Positions 11,320 through 24,965 of a stretch of 64,000 bases of DNA are shown in pieces. The stretch lies in the NCBI GenBank assembly GCA_003693705.1, contig RBZT01000768.1, positions 1 to 64,000 of the forward strand, given 5' to 3'. Below the pieces are notes generated by a model. The model saw only the letters and a program-made list of their open reading frames with translations, was not told the DNA's origin and searched no databases. Source of the stretch: Polymyxa betae A26-41. Lineage: Eukaryota; Protista; Endomyxa: Phytomyxea. Every line of letters begins with the position of its first letter. Position 1 is the stretch's first letter. The position numbers and the translations under genes were made by a program.

Positions 11320-14300
11320 CTATCTATCTTCGTTGGATGACGATGATAAGTAATCTGATTCTCCAGCTTGATTGTCAGCTGAATCAGCACCTACCACATT
11401 TATACGTGGAGCCGTCGAATACCCTGTTCGCTTTGTGAACGCGCTAGTCATTGCTTCAATGACGATATCGGGCATAACCCGGTCTTGCTTGAAGCGATGC
11501 CTGGAGAAGAGGTCGGCTAAAGGTCGACGTTGGAGAGCTTCGTCCACTAATTCCAAATAGTGTTGATTCTGACTCAAACTGAAGTATTGTCTGGCGTCCA
11601 GCAACATATCATGATCACGATCATCACCGAATCCATTATGACTTCCAATGATGAACCTTGCCCGAGCATCGAAGAAATGCATATCTGTGGCCTCAAGTAT
11701 AGAAACAGCCTTCTGTAGGAGATTGGTAGTAAACCGATCTGGCTGATCGGATTTCGTATCAACGAGTTCTAGACAACCAGCATATAGTTCTGCTATGCCT
11801 CGTGTATATTGATATCGGGATGAGAACTCACGTAGCTTCCTCACAACAACTGCCAGGTTGCGTTTAGCTTCCGATAAGTCTTCGTCTTCAGCCACAGGTA
11901 GAAAACGCCGTTTCTCTTCATTGCCTGATTTCCTGCTGGTTGGAGATACTGCCACTGAAGGCTGCTGCCTATTTACAAAATTCATTAATACATTGATGAT
12001 GCAGTCTTTCTCATGACTAACCTTGGACGACGTCGCGGATCGTCGATCAGGATTTCGACCAGATATTCAGCTACGAGAACGTGATCGAATAGGTCATACC
12101 AGGTTCGTAAATGTGATTCAGCAGAGTACTCCAAAAATAATGTCCCAAACCAAGCAGCAGCTTTGGATATTTGGCCCATTCTGAGAAAAACCAGAGAAAG
12201 TATAGCTTGACCAGCAATAGGAAGTTCATAATCAGTATGGTGGTTATCTAATAGTAACTCGGTGCACTTATCAAGTTGATGACGCTGTAATGCCATTAAT
12301 GCTTGCAATACAACAGCTTGATGACGTGATGCTTCTGTCAGTTGATGTTGATGACATATTCGTTCTAGCGTCGCCAACGAAGATTTTAACATTACCTGAT
12401 CTTCCTGAAGAATTGCCAAGAAAATCTGAGCATAAATTTAGAGATCGATTTGCTGGTTGATCGTGACAGACCTGAACCAAGAGCAGACGACGAGCTAATG
12501 TGGGATTTTCTGATAATATCCGGCTTAGGCTGCATGATCTCAACTTCGGTTCAGCAAGAGCGAACTTTCCTCTCACAATATCAATCACGGCAGATTGAAC
12601 AGTCACAACACCATATGGTCTGCAATGATCTATCAAAGCTTGCCCTAAATCCACCCAACCCTTCCATATAAAGAATTCACTGGCAACTGCACTGACTGTC
12701 GCCGTTAACACATCATCTTGTTCGCCCTCACAAAGATCCAATGCTCTTAGCGCGGCGTCCAATCCTTCGTCAAACATTCTCAGTTCAATGCACGCTTGAG
12801 CATACGCCAAATATAAGCGAGCAATAGTCGCTGACTTATTGAGGGTACTTAAGGGAACAGCTGTCTCAGTGCCAGGAACGATGTCTGGAGAAACCCTATT
12901 TAAGCTTTCTCTCCTGATGCCATTCCGGAATATAGACATAAGCCAATGTCGAATCTTATTAAGACCTGTTATCAGGCCATGACCAGTCGGCACAGGTTTG
13001 GCAATTTTTTTCAGCGCTAGTGTGACAGTCTCAATGGCGAGCGTATTCTGCTCGGTGATCAGTAGACATTCAGCCAACTCCAAATAGATAATTTCAATTC
13101 GAATGTGTGACCCATTGTTTTGTTGAGACGTCAGTGACGATCTTCGCTTGCTAATCAACGACCCAGATGATAAAGCTACACGATAAAACGTAATAGCCTG
13201 CAAACTCGTTAGATTGCACACCATGGTGAGGAATCAAGTCGAAACCTGATCAAGCTTTTGGCTTTTTCGGTACCGCCGAGCAGCTTTGACTTGATAATGC
13301 ATGCTTCGATCAAAATGTCGAGCCATTCTCCAATGACCAGCCAAAGCTTCATCATCATCTACATGAACTTGCTCTAATGCTTCTGCCACTAAACCATGAA
13401 GGCGTCGCTTGTATTCCATATCCAGGCTAGTGTAGATTTTCTGCTCAGTCTCCTCCGACCTAAACGCAAAGAGTAGTCCCTTTTTACGGCCTGAGCATCC
13501 ATGCGTTAGTCTGATGAAGCCAAACATGTTCTAACATAATTGCCTTCTGGCGATGGAAGCTGAACCAGTAATGATAGCTGGTTTGACAAAATTTGCAGCG
13601 CATCCATGAGCTCAGCTGGCGTCGTGGGCATATCAGAGCGCTGGGTCTGTAGTATTAATCAGCAATCAGCTTGACAATTTCTGTTACAGCGAATACCTCT
13701 CCTTTTTGAGATAAAGCATGTAATACAACCAATAGCAGATCCATATCGAATTTTGATCCAATCACAGAGCAGACAGCTAACACGGTTGATTGTGATTTTG
13801 TCAGCCCATCAGTGATAATCTGGTTAATGCGATCTCCTCTATAGAAGACTTAGATACAGAGCAGTGATGGCAAGTTTTAGATCCTACGATGATCGAGCAT
13901 TTGCTTCAGCTATCCTTCGACTTGCGTAGCACAGACGACTTGCACAAAAACAGAGGACGGCAAGATTAGACGAAGTAGTCATTTGAGCAGCTCGGAAAAC
14001 GAAATCAACGAATAGATGTGATGGAGTCATTCCACCAAGTCGTAAACATGCCAATAGAGCGACATCTTCGTGTGACATTTGAGGTAGATAAATCATTTCC
14101 CGTTCGAATTCATTATTGAACATAGACGTGCACTGCTCTGGTTTGGTTGAGCATGTCGCAATGACGATCAGGTTTTGAAGTTGGCCCAACATTTCGTCCA
14201 AACATCTCACGGATCTAGTGGGCAATTTAAGTGTTGTATCTGAAAAAACAGCAAATTGACATACAGTTCATCGATCATGTCAATGTCATCGATCATCATC

Positions 14301-17300
14301 ACAATTCGCTTACGATCATTCAGAGTCATTCCAATTAATACGGTCAAAATTTGTGCAATGTCTAAATTGGACTTCGGAGCAGCGGAAGACTGAGAGCGGC
14401 GATCAAGACCGAGATCGCATATGTGACCGATGTCACTTAGCAATTGTAAATAATTGGGTCCTAACTTCAAAATACATTGCACAAGTCTGGATCGAAATAC
14501 AGATAGAGATCCAAACTGATGCGTATAAACATATCGTAGGTACTGCCTAATAAGAACTTTGATGGTGTACCCAGGTTGGCAAGAGCGTTTTCGAGAACAA
14601 AAGAATGATGTCCTGCATATAACGTCAGACATTACATATACCATGAAGCTGACAGAGTTACAATGCGATATCTTGGCGCGTACACTGAATCTGTGAGTCA
14701 GAAACACGATGGATCTGGGACATTAACGAGGTTTTTCCAACACCATCGGCGGCTGCTATTAAGAATAGTTGTCCAGCATTACAGTATGTGTAGCTCTGAT
14801 CACGAATGATGGTTTCTTGTAGCATAGCACGTAACTGTATGCGGCCTGAAAGCAAGATACTAGTTCTAACTTGCAAGGGCATAGGGGATCTCAAAGATAG
14901 AAGAACGAAATGGTACCGAAGCAATCGAAGATTGTCACCAGAATTGAACTCAATCGTATTAATTTTCTGATCGAATGTCTCCTGAGTGACTTCATCAGTT
15001 ATAATCTGGTTTGTTGCTAACGAAACAGCAAGCAGAGCGGAATCAACAGCATCGCCAAGACTGTCAGCGTGTGATTAGATTGATAAATACATTCCACTTG
15101 GATCGCTCACTGACATGATTGGAATCGCTAGTGGGTCTATAAACCTGCAAGAGCATAATCCTGTCCCTATACCAACGCTGCATTCTGTTCCGAATTCTCC
15201 ACACATACGGGTCCGGATACGGAATGCGAATAAGAAAGCCAATGACGACCAGTCCAACTGAAAGGCAACCACCGCCATTAATCGCATTCCATTCGAGGAC
15301 ATAGAAGCAAAGACACAACTCGGCTCCGATAGCCGGATCGTTTGCATCTCGAATGCAAATGTTGACACCAGCAAGTGTGCCGTAACGGGATCCGTTGGGA
15401 TATCAACACGCACCGCAATCACAATCAATTCGTGAAGGTTTGCCGGATCTGAGATGTCCCCATGCCTGTGATGCTAATTGTCAGTAGCGGATTTTGCTGA
15501 ATCTCAGCTAGCCTTGCCTTTGTTTGGAGAATTTATGTTTGATCAACTGATCATCTTCATAAAAAATGTGATGTTGACGACCAAGTCTAATGACCTGGTC
15601 CATAACACGCTGCTGCTGGATTTCCACACTGCTGGCGAATGATTGCAGTATGGCACATCGTTTATCGTCAAACTCTTGTTTGACGACCACTTTTCCAGAT
15701 ATTCGTAATAGTTTGAGCAAGTTCTTATGCACAATGATCTGCCCAGAATCTGCAATGGGCTCAATTCGGAATGCCTAGAACCACGGTCAGAATAAGATCA
15801 TTATATTCAGGTACGACTACCTCTGATACAGCTGGACCAATACAAACATATCCTCGGGCACAATCTGGCCCGACTGTATCTAGCAAAATGCAATCGTCGC
15901 ACGACAAACAGAATTTGCATTGGAAAAGTTCTCCTAATCCTTGATCGATTAGTTGTTTTTTCATTTGGAATGCACAATTGACAGCCTAGTGATATAAGTA
16001 TGGACAAGGTACATGGGGGCGAATATTACCTGTGCACAAATCACCGATTGATTGAACGTTGGTGTCATGTCCCATATCATGACGAAACGGTTAAACGACA
16101 AATCCAGCAGAGCTCCTTGATGATGTTGGGCACATCTGAAAAAGGTTGAAAATAAATTTTGAAGTTGACTTGTGTCTTGAGTAATATTGCTTATCGAAAT
16201 GTTCAAAATAACGCCCCTTTGTTGATGATCAGTCGAAAGCAGAGATATGTTATCAAACAGGAAATACGTACAACAGTAGGGTTGACTGGCCATAAAGATG
16301 GTCTCTCTGATCTAAGCTGGTTGTGCATATAGCTCCAAATACGACAGGACGTGGTAATATTGCAGCATAATCACGATCAACTTCACTGACTGACTCAGCA
16401 TCGGATCCGGAAAATAGCCCAGAACGTAAATCACGGAATGCATCATAGATCCCGCTGCGATTCTGCCGAATTGCTTGTATACGGTGAGATTCGGCATTAT
16501 CGCGTCCTTTGCAACATGACAGATCCCATTCGTCCAGCAGTGTTTCATCAGCACCAGGATCATTCCCGCCACTTTTGCCATCATACACGCGAATGTCCTG
16601 TTTATCAGTATCGGCCATCTTCTCAAATCCCTAAACAGGAATTCCCAATAACTAGGTAGAACTGTCGACTAAACAGTGATTACATGTGACTCTTCAGTTA
16701 AAGGTAATGAGCACAATCTAGTCGTGGAAAGCATGGAAGAACTTTTCATGTTAACCTCTTCAAAAATAGGTACCGGGTTAAAAGTGTTCATATCTGGAAC
16801 ATCATCGTCCGGCTGCATTACTTTTTCCATAATAGCTGAAATGGTATTCTGCTGAATAAACGTGATGCGACTGTGGATGAAACGGCCAATGTTCAAGAGA
16901 TGTGTAGCATGACGAGATAAGGACTCGTTGTCTTGACGAAATTCGTCGAGATCAGCACTGCCCCCGGAATGATCACCAGGTAATGTCTCAGGGCTCGCAT
17001 GAAGCTGCAGATCGTTGAACTTGTTCCGAATGTAATCCTGATGACACCGAGCGCCAGTTTCAACAAACAGGCGAAATGCTTTTCTTGCATGTTCCCTCGC
17101 ATGCTTCCTGTTCTGGTCTTTATCCTCATAGATTTCAGCCATAAACATATGCGACAGAGCTTCAACAGAAGGTATTGCATACTGTGCAGCCGATCTTTGT
17201 GCTAACTGTAATAGATTAAGGACATCGATCGATTTCGATGATTTACAAGATAATAATGCAGCGTGCCATAGCAAAAAGTAAGTCCCTAATGACTGATCAG

Positions 17301-20300
17301 TGGATGAGCGAGAACTGGAGCAGGGATTTACTTGCGAACGTAATTGTTTCCGAGACCTTGTAAAGTAGTTGAACAGCTCCTTCAGCTTGAGCTATCACCG
17401 ATCTTCGTTGAATACCAAACATTTCTTCCAGTCCACTTCCTGAACTTGTTCTAAACTGCCGCAGAATGAAGACCAAGATTTCAGCTGCAATTGGAGCCGC
17501 AATCATAAGGGATAGGTCAACTCGAACACAAGCCTTCCGTAGATTCACAGCTGCCTAAATGAAAATCATTATTTATATAAAGCAATTGCACCAATCCGAC
17601 ATGATAGGCAGATGCAAAGTCACCGGTTTTATAGCGTAATACTGCTTCGACGCTAGAGTAAAAAGCCTGATTTGACGAATCTAGGCCAGAAGCAGGTTTG
17701 AGGAGTAGTAAACGCTCAATGTCTGCTACAAATGCGATAGCAGGATTCATCTGTGAGCACATAAGCTGATGAAGCGCAATCAGAAGACTGCAGTTTAGAG
17801 CTGTAGATGGATGGAAAAAAGCAATGGGCTTAGCCAACTGCTCCGCCCTATTGAACGCTTCCACTGATGGCTGCACTCTTCCAGAAATATAATGCACAAC
17901 ACCAAGACGCTGTAATGAGACGACAGACGCCTGCACATCATACAGGATCTCATCATATAGCTGCAGAGCACTCGATGCAAAATTGATCGATGATCGCCAA
18001 TACCCGCAAACACCTGCTGACTGACCCAATAAATTATAACATAAAGCCATTGTTCTTATCTCATCGGACCGCCTTATCCAATATCGAATTCGGTAAACGA
18101 TCAAATCTAAAAAGGCATTGTTCGTTAGAAGAGCACGATCGCATAGCACTTTGAGAAGCCAACAGTATCGACGTGCAGATACATCAGCAGATGATGAATC
18201 GCGCATCGTCAGAGCCTGTAATATTGCCCAATGTGCTGCCTCAGAATCACCTAACCGAAGCTCGACGTAAGACAAAGTCTCATATAATGCTGCTTGAGTA
18301 ATCTGATCTTGACTGGGAGGAGGTCGTTTCCGAATGCTCTGGCATGACATTAGCGCAATCTGCGCCCAGTATATACTGGCAGCGATGCTCGTGCGAGGTC
18401 GAATGTTTGCACCGATGTAGTCCTAGGGAGCATTTGAGGAAGATGTACCGAAAACAGAGTCCAATTGAAAAATACCAGTGCTCGAAGTATAATTGGTTTG
18501 GCAGATTCCGGATCTTGATTGTATAAGTGCAACCAAGCAATGTTAAGCCAATTGCCTGCGGTTACAATTTGGTGGTTGTAAGTTGGCGCCTTTTGATCTA
18601 GATCGATGCAGCGATAGAATAACTCTATAGCGTCGTTGATCATAAACAAGAACGAAAACTGAGTTGCGGCAAGTCCATTGAACTTGCGATCTAAGGCCGT
18701 CTGATTGGTTTGACTGTAATGACGACCAATTAGCGGTAGGACATAAGCATTATTACTGGATCCGCCTTCATAGTATTCGGCTAAATCAACATGAAACTTG
18801 TTGCGAGATTCACGATCCAATGTTGAATATACATCGCGTTGGATTGATGAATGTGGGAAGGAAATTCGAGGCGATGACGTTCTCATATGAGCTAATAACA
18901 ACCAGCCTCGGTTCTTGAGAACCATTAGATCAGATTTGAATTCGTCGATATCCTTATGCTGATCGCCCAGGGAGCGCAGGATATTGAATGGAAAAGAGAC
19001 ACCAATCACACTTGCTAGCCTTAACAAATTTTGTTGGGGCTTGGTCAGGCGATTCATTCGCTTTTTGACAAGATCAACCGAAGATCCAGAGATTGCGAAC
19101 AGAGCATCAACTGGTTCAACAACCAAATCAGCAATTGATTGCGATGTTACTTGAATTAATCGATCTTCTTGTAAGCAGAGGAGCACATCGGTTAGCCTTA
19201 ATGGGCTTCCTCCTGATTTTTTAATTAACAAAATCTCAAGCCCGCTCCTGATTTTTATTGCTGACAGCAGGCGACATGACAATCTTAGAACGTCAGATCG
19301 TTCCAATGGAGGGACATGAATCCAATGAGTCGACGCTGATAAGAGATGCCGAACTTCTGAATGTTCTTCAATGTACTTCTCTGCGGTGGGATCGTCGATC
19401 TGTAAAGTTCCTAATATGAAGACCCCAATATCGGGTGATGAAGCATATGAACTTAGAACGTGCCAGGTTCCGGTATCAAGCCATTGAATGTCTTCGATGA
19501 GTAAACAAATGTTGAATTCGCCGGCAATTGTCCTTAAAAGGTCACTGAAAATAATCGCCAGAATTTGGGCCCGAGACAGTTCTGATAACAGGCCTAGCAT
19601 TGCGTCAGATAATCCCTCAGAACCGAATATCATATGTGTGATCGCTTTTCGAAACGGGAGATATTTAGGCAGCCGATTGAAAAGCATTTCCATGACGGCA
19701 CTGACAGAAGTAATGCCTAGACATTTGCCATATTCTGAGATCATTTTTCGAAGGACGCGAATGACCGGCAAGTAAATTTGCTGTTTGTAACTCGATTCAC
19801 CATACATAGTAAATGCTTTTACATTTTGGTTTTGATCAGTAACAATCCTTAGAAATCTCTTAGCTATAGCCTGATGTGAGCACTTAGCTTAACCACAATA
19901 GCATACTTATTCGGACCATACCGATTTCCCGAATCCACTGGATCCATACAGAATTACTGGACTAATTGACGATGGTGACTGTTGTTGATAAAGCGCTGTC
20001 AATGTTTGCAGTTGATGGTCACGACCAACTAGAATCTCAGAAGTATCTAAGCCAGATAACAAGATCTCGTTTTCTCCGCCATAGCCTTCGTCAATTATGT
20101 CTGATATTGGCATCTGGTTAGACTGTCGATAGCCTTGAAGACGCAGGTCTCGGGTGGCGCTTGCAGATAAATCTGTTGGATCGCGTTGTATCTGGCTATC
20201 TGTTAGAATGTTATGTCCTTTGACCATGGGTATTAGTATTAAGCAAAAGTCATATTGCCGTGCTAAAGATGCACTTTTTGCCAGATGCTGTGCTCGAAGC

Positions 20301-23300
20301 CCGGAATCTACGACGCCATCGTTCCATAAACCAGATCCATCAATCTGTCCCATTGTTCCAAGCAAACGATGCGCCAAAGCCATATCGTAAATTAAATTTA
20401 GTTGATTAGCTAAGTCTAGCGCTTGAAGCCATTTGTTTGTAGCTTTCCAGATCGATGATCGATTTACGAAAACATCAAACATGCCTTGGACTAGAAGTGC
20501 TCGAGGTCTACCGACTGGGACCCTTTTAGCAAACTTTTTCAGAGCTCGCAGGCTCGCATTAGCCATACTCAATACTTGACGACGTTCAGTATCAATGGTC
20601 GCATCATGTAAGTCCTTATACCGAAGTATAGCCAGCTGACAAGTCCAAGCTAGAATATTAGTCAAATCATATGAGGCTGCTGAAGCTAAAGGCAAAGCAG
20701 TGTCCATAAATGCGAGAGATTGCTCTGGACGATCTTGATAATAATCGTAAATCATACGACAGACTGAATATTGGAGTGCAGATTTCGGGTCATCTTGTGG
20801 ATTTGGGCGTGTTAGTGCTTGAATCAATTGCCCAGCAGCTGCTATATTCCCAGTTATCAAATGATACATGGACCTTAATATCAGCATACGACTTCGTCCC
20901 CAATCGTATTCACAGAATTTAGCGATCCGTTCCATACTTTGGAGAACGTCTTCGACCTCTCCGACGTCCAAGAAAGCTAAAGACATCGAAGCCAGTTCGT
21001 CAAGAGTCCGAACCAGATGATGGGGCGAATTTGCAGACGTAAACTTGTCACTTGCCAACTTGAGGAATTGTCGTCCTTTAGCTGCATCTGCGAATATAGC
21101 ACAGGCAACCTGGGCTAATTTGATATATATTGATCCTTTGGTGAAGGGGGAGAATGGCTTCGCGTTAACACTTGAAAACAAATAATCACGTTCTGTATCA
21201 AACGTAATGACCTTATAGAGATTAGAAACGGTCATTAATTTGCCAACCGATAATGCCCCCATCATATAATTGGTCATTGCTTGGATTTTCTGTTCCATAG
21301 ACTTGGCAGCATCAGAGGTGATCAAGGCCCGAGTAGCGGATCTCATCGCCAGCACTCCATTTCCTAATTCAATTGCTATATTGCTTTCCATATTAAGAGA
21401 CTTGGCTCGCTCTAGAAGCAGCTGTCGTGTGAATAGCCCAGGTAGAACTGGACGGCATGGACCAGCAAGAGAAGAGGATAAGGCCAGGGCAACACGAGCC
21501 TTGCTGATAAGAGCTATCTTAGATTGCGAGGTGACATGGCTGTCAATATTCAATAAAGAATCCTCGATCAAAGTTAAACAGCGCGCCATTTCATGGTTCT
21601 CAAACAAATATTTTGCTGATGATCGCTGCAGTTTTGCAATTTCAAGCCTATCGTTTGGTGTATATTGCTCCAATAAAGACAGGGCTTTGAATGAATACGA
21701 AGCAGCTCCATTGAAGTCTCCAAGAGAGAAAGCTGCATCACCAGCTAACCGATAGTATCTGTGAGATAATAATTGAGTTGAAACTTGTAGAATCATCCAA
21801 TAATGTTAGTTACTTGATGGCATTAGCCAATTGCCCAGCACACTGATAGTGATGAGCTAGTTCAGCAGATGTGAGGGGAATTGCTTCAAGATGTCCAAGC
21901 AGAAGTCGGTCTTGCTGAAGGCGCTCTAACTGATCAACAATTAAATTATGGTATATGCTGGAATCGGATTTTGACAGAAGCCCATAAACCGTTTTCTGCA
22001 TCAAAGGCTGGCGAAATGCATATGTCGTAACCGGAAGTGTTGCAGTCGTTACGATGACGTCTTTCGATTCAAGATTGACCAAATTCTCCATTAATCTTTC
22101 ATTGTTATATGGAGATATGGCTTGTAGTAGATCGAGAGCAAATGTCACACCAATAACACTAGCACACTTCAAGATCTCTTGCTCAGACGGTGACAGTCGA
22201 TCAATATGGCTAGTAATGTTCTGCTCAAACATATGTTGAACGATCTCCATAGCTGTTTGCGAGAACTGTTCTGATGAAATCTTGGCTTCTGATAAGCCGG
22301 TAGCCAGATCCATTATTAATTCTGGGCTCCCTTCACTTGTCTTATGCACAGTATCAAGTACAATATCCGGAAGGTTAGTCAAGTGAAGCCGAAGACAAAG
22401 AAGCGCTTCAGTATCTCGACGTGACAAAGGCCCCAGTTTAACATGTTGAAAATATGACAGTTTACGTAGTTGGAAATCCAGCGTTGACATTTGACTTGAT
22501 ACAGATATGGGTCTAGAGGTCAGAAAAATCACCATATTTCGTGGAATGTTGCGACACAAATGACTCAGATATATCCCTGATGTAATATCGAGGTCACGAA
22601 CATTCTCTAATACGAGGCAGATCGAGCCACATATCTCAATCGCTGCTCGGTATAATTGAAGAAAGGCACGGATGTGTTTTTTTAAAGAGTCAGAAATTGT
22701 CGAGAGCTCTTCGATTTCACTTGAACCGGATTTCGATGAATTCCTTGAGTAATATGGCTTGCTGGATGCTATCGAGATCAAAGTCTCAACAGTTTCCTGG
22801 CTGAGATGGAGTTTGGCAGATACATTATTAAGCATCTCATGAAGAGAAGTGGCAGAATCAGGGTTGCCAGGACATAATAATGAAACAAAGCGCTGGAGTA
22901 CCGAGTTCCATAATACAACGTCAGCATTATCAGATATTCGACTACCTGCGAAATATAACGTAGTGAATTCATATTCTTGAGCAATCTCCCAGATAGACTG
23001 AACTAGTCGAGTCTTTCCCATACCGCTATCCGCTTCAATAAGCATAATCGTCTTGCATGATTTCAGCTTGTCAGATAGATCACTACGTGGTCCTAACTTG
23101 ATTCCTTCAAACATACTTCTAGCTAACTGCAGCTCAACAGAGCGACCCAGCATCAATGTTGCTGGCAGATGCAGTGTCTGCTCTGCAGAACCGCTTCCAG
23201 CAGCCGGATGGTAAACCTGGACGATACCAAGACGGCCTTTCACCTTGATCGGGGCCATTTTCGCGAATTCAATATTGAGTGAATGTCCTCCTCGAAGCAA

Positions 23301-24965
23301 AGCGGCCCTTTGTGTTTCGCCATCGCATAATAATCCATTATGCGACGCCACCATCAGACGAGCACTCAGATTAACGATATCGCCAACGATAGCATATTCA
23401 CATCTGATTTCATCTCCAACAGATCCGCAAAAAGCGCCACCAGTAGTAACTCCAATTCCCTGTATCACTCCAATGAGATTGATTCTCCTGAAGCAAGCGT
23501 AAATTACCGTTCTCATTCCAATCTCTAACAGCAGGCCCTGTATAGTAAGCGATGCTTGAACTGCTCGTATGGCATCGTCATCGTGAGAATTATACGGCAA
23601 ACCAAAGGCAGCAATAGCAACTGTTCCTTTGTCATCTTGAATCAACTGGCGTAACGTTCCATCGAACCGATGTAAAGCCTGTTGGATAAGCCGGAAAGCG
23701 CTCTGATTTGCTTGAATCTGCTGATCCGTATCATAATGGAAATCAGGAAGATTGATAAACACCATGGTGACTTGGCGCCTCTCACCAATAAGACCTTGTT
23801 TACCAGCATTGATTGCTAATGTCACAGATCGTGGCAAATAGCATGCTAAAGCCGATTCCACTGATTTGCAGATTTTAGTTTGTGACAAGAAATGCATCAA
23901 ATCCGGCATTGGATCGATGGACATAGGAAGGCTGTCAGCATTAATCGACTCCAAAAGAAACAGGTCATCATCCCGTTGGCGTACTTGACAAAATCCTTTA
24001 ATGAGTTCGAAAACTGATGACTGAATAACAACTTCACCACGAACAGCTGCCTCTAACGCTCTTCCCATTTCGAATATCGGCTGTCCAGCAAACATATACT
24101 CCCAGCGATTTTCAAATCCACCGAAGTGAAGTTCATGTAGCATGCCAGCCGATAGCCCAGAATGTAGCTCCAGATTAATGTTCATTTTCTGAAGGAGCTT
24201 CATACCAGTCTGCATTTCCAAGGCTGCTTTCGCAGCGCTCATTCCACATTTGGTCAGGTCATCCGGATTAGAGCCTGAAGGTCTGAACACCGATAAAAGT
24301 GCATCCCCAGCGAATTTTGTTACGTCTCCTCCGTTTCTCAGAATGGTATCGATAAACATAGAAAACACCTTATTCAGAATGGTTGCTAATCTCTCTCCGC
24401 CCATCTTCTGCAATGAATCTGCGTACTGCACGTTGCCCTGTTCTTTAGAAAGAGGATTTTTAGGCTGCTTAGCCAGATCAGCAGCTAATTGTGTGAAGCC
24501 AGAAATGTCTGACAGCAACACGACTCCAAAAAACTGAGACCGAACAGCGTCAGCGCTAGAGGCACTTCCCGCAGCATGACGTCCAGATAGTAAGATCGGT
24601 AAAGCAACAGCCCTGGGAACGTACCGACAAAGCACCTGAAATCGATGCAGTTGCTCTTCAGGTTTGTATCTATTTTTGAAACCTTCGTTCTTCCAGCGTT
24701 CGATTAACTCCAAGGCATTTCCTTTTAATGTAGGCGCGGAATCAATGGAGGGTATCTCGGCAGCTTTACGAGAAGAAGAATTTCGATCAAGTGACCGCGG
24801 TTTTATACTGGCTTTTCGACAAAGGCTATTTGAAATTGAGCCAGCAGATATAGCGACGCTGCTGGCTTGGCGAATGCTAATGCGGCGACGAGCTGTGACA
24901 GAAGGTGCTGCCTGCCCAGGGCAAGAAAGAGAAATAGAAGGTCTGCCACGAGCATTGCTGTCCAT
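11320..24965 (-). CDS. Giant soluble-cyclase (sAC/ADCY10/Dictyostelium sGC-like) STAND protein with three NTPase-TPR modules, roughly 4000 aa
   Basis: Cyclase C1 (LSDISGFT, GGDVTKFAGDALL) and C2 (LRQLIQDDKG, RCEYAIVGDIVNLSARLM); three P-loops ADSGMGKT (~23020), GSSGFGKS (~19930), ADGVGKT (~14740), each with Walker B and a (A/C)SVIG..F winged helix; TPR-like helices between; the ORF junctions checked are joined by in-phase GT-AG introns. Confidence 0.85.
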
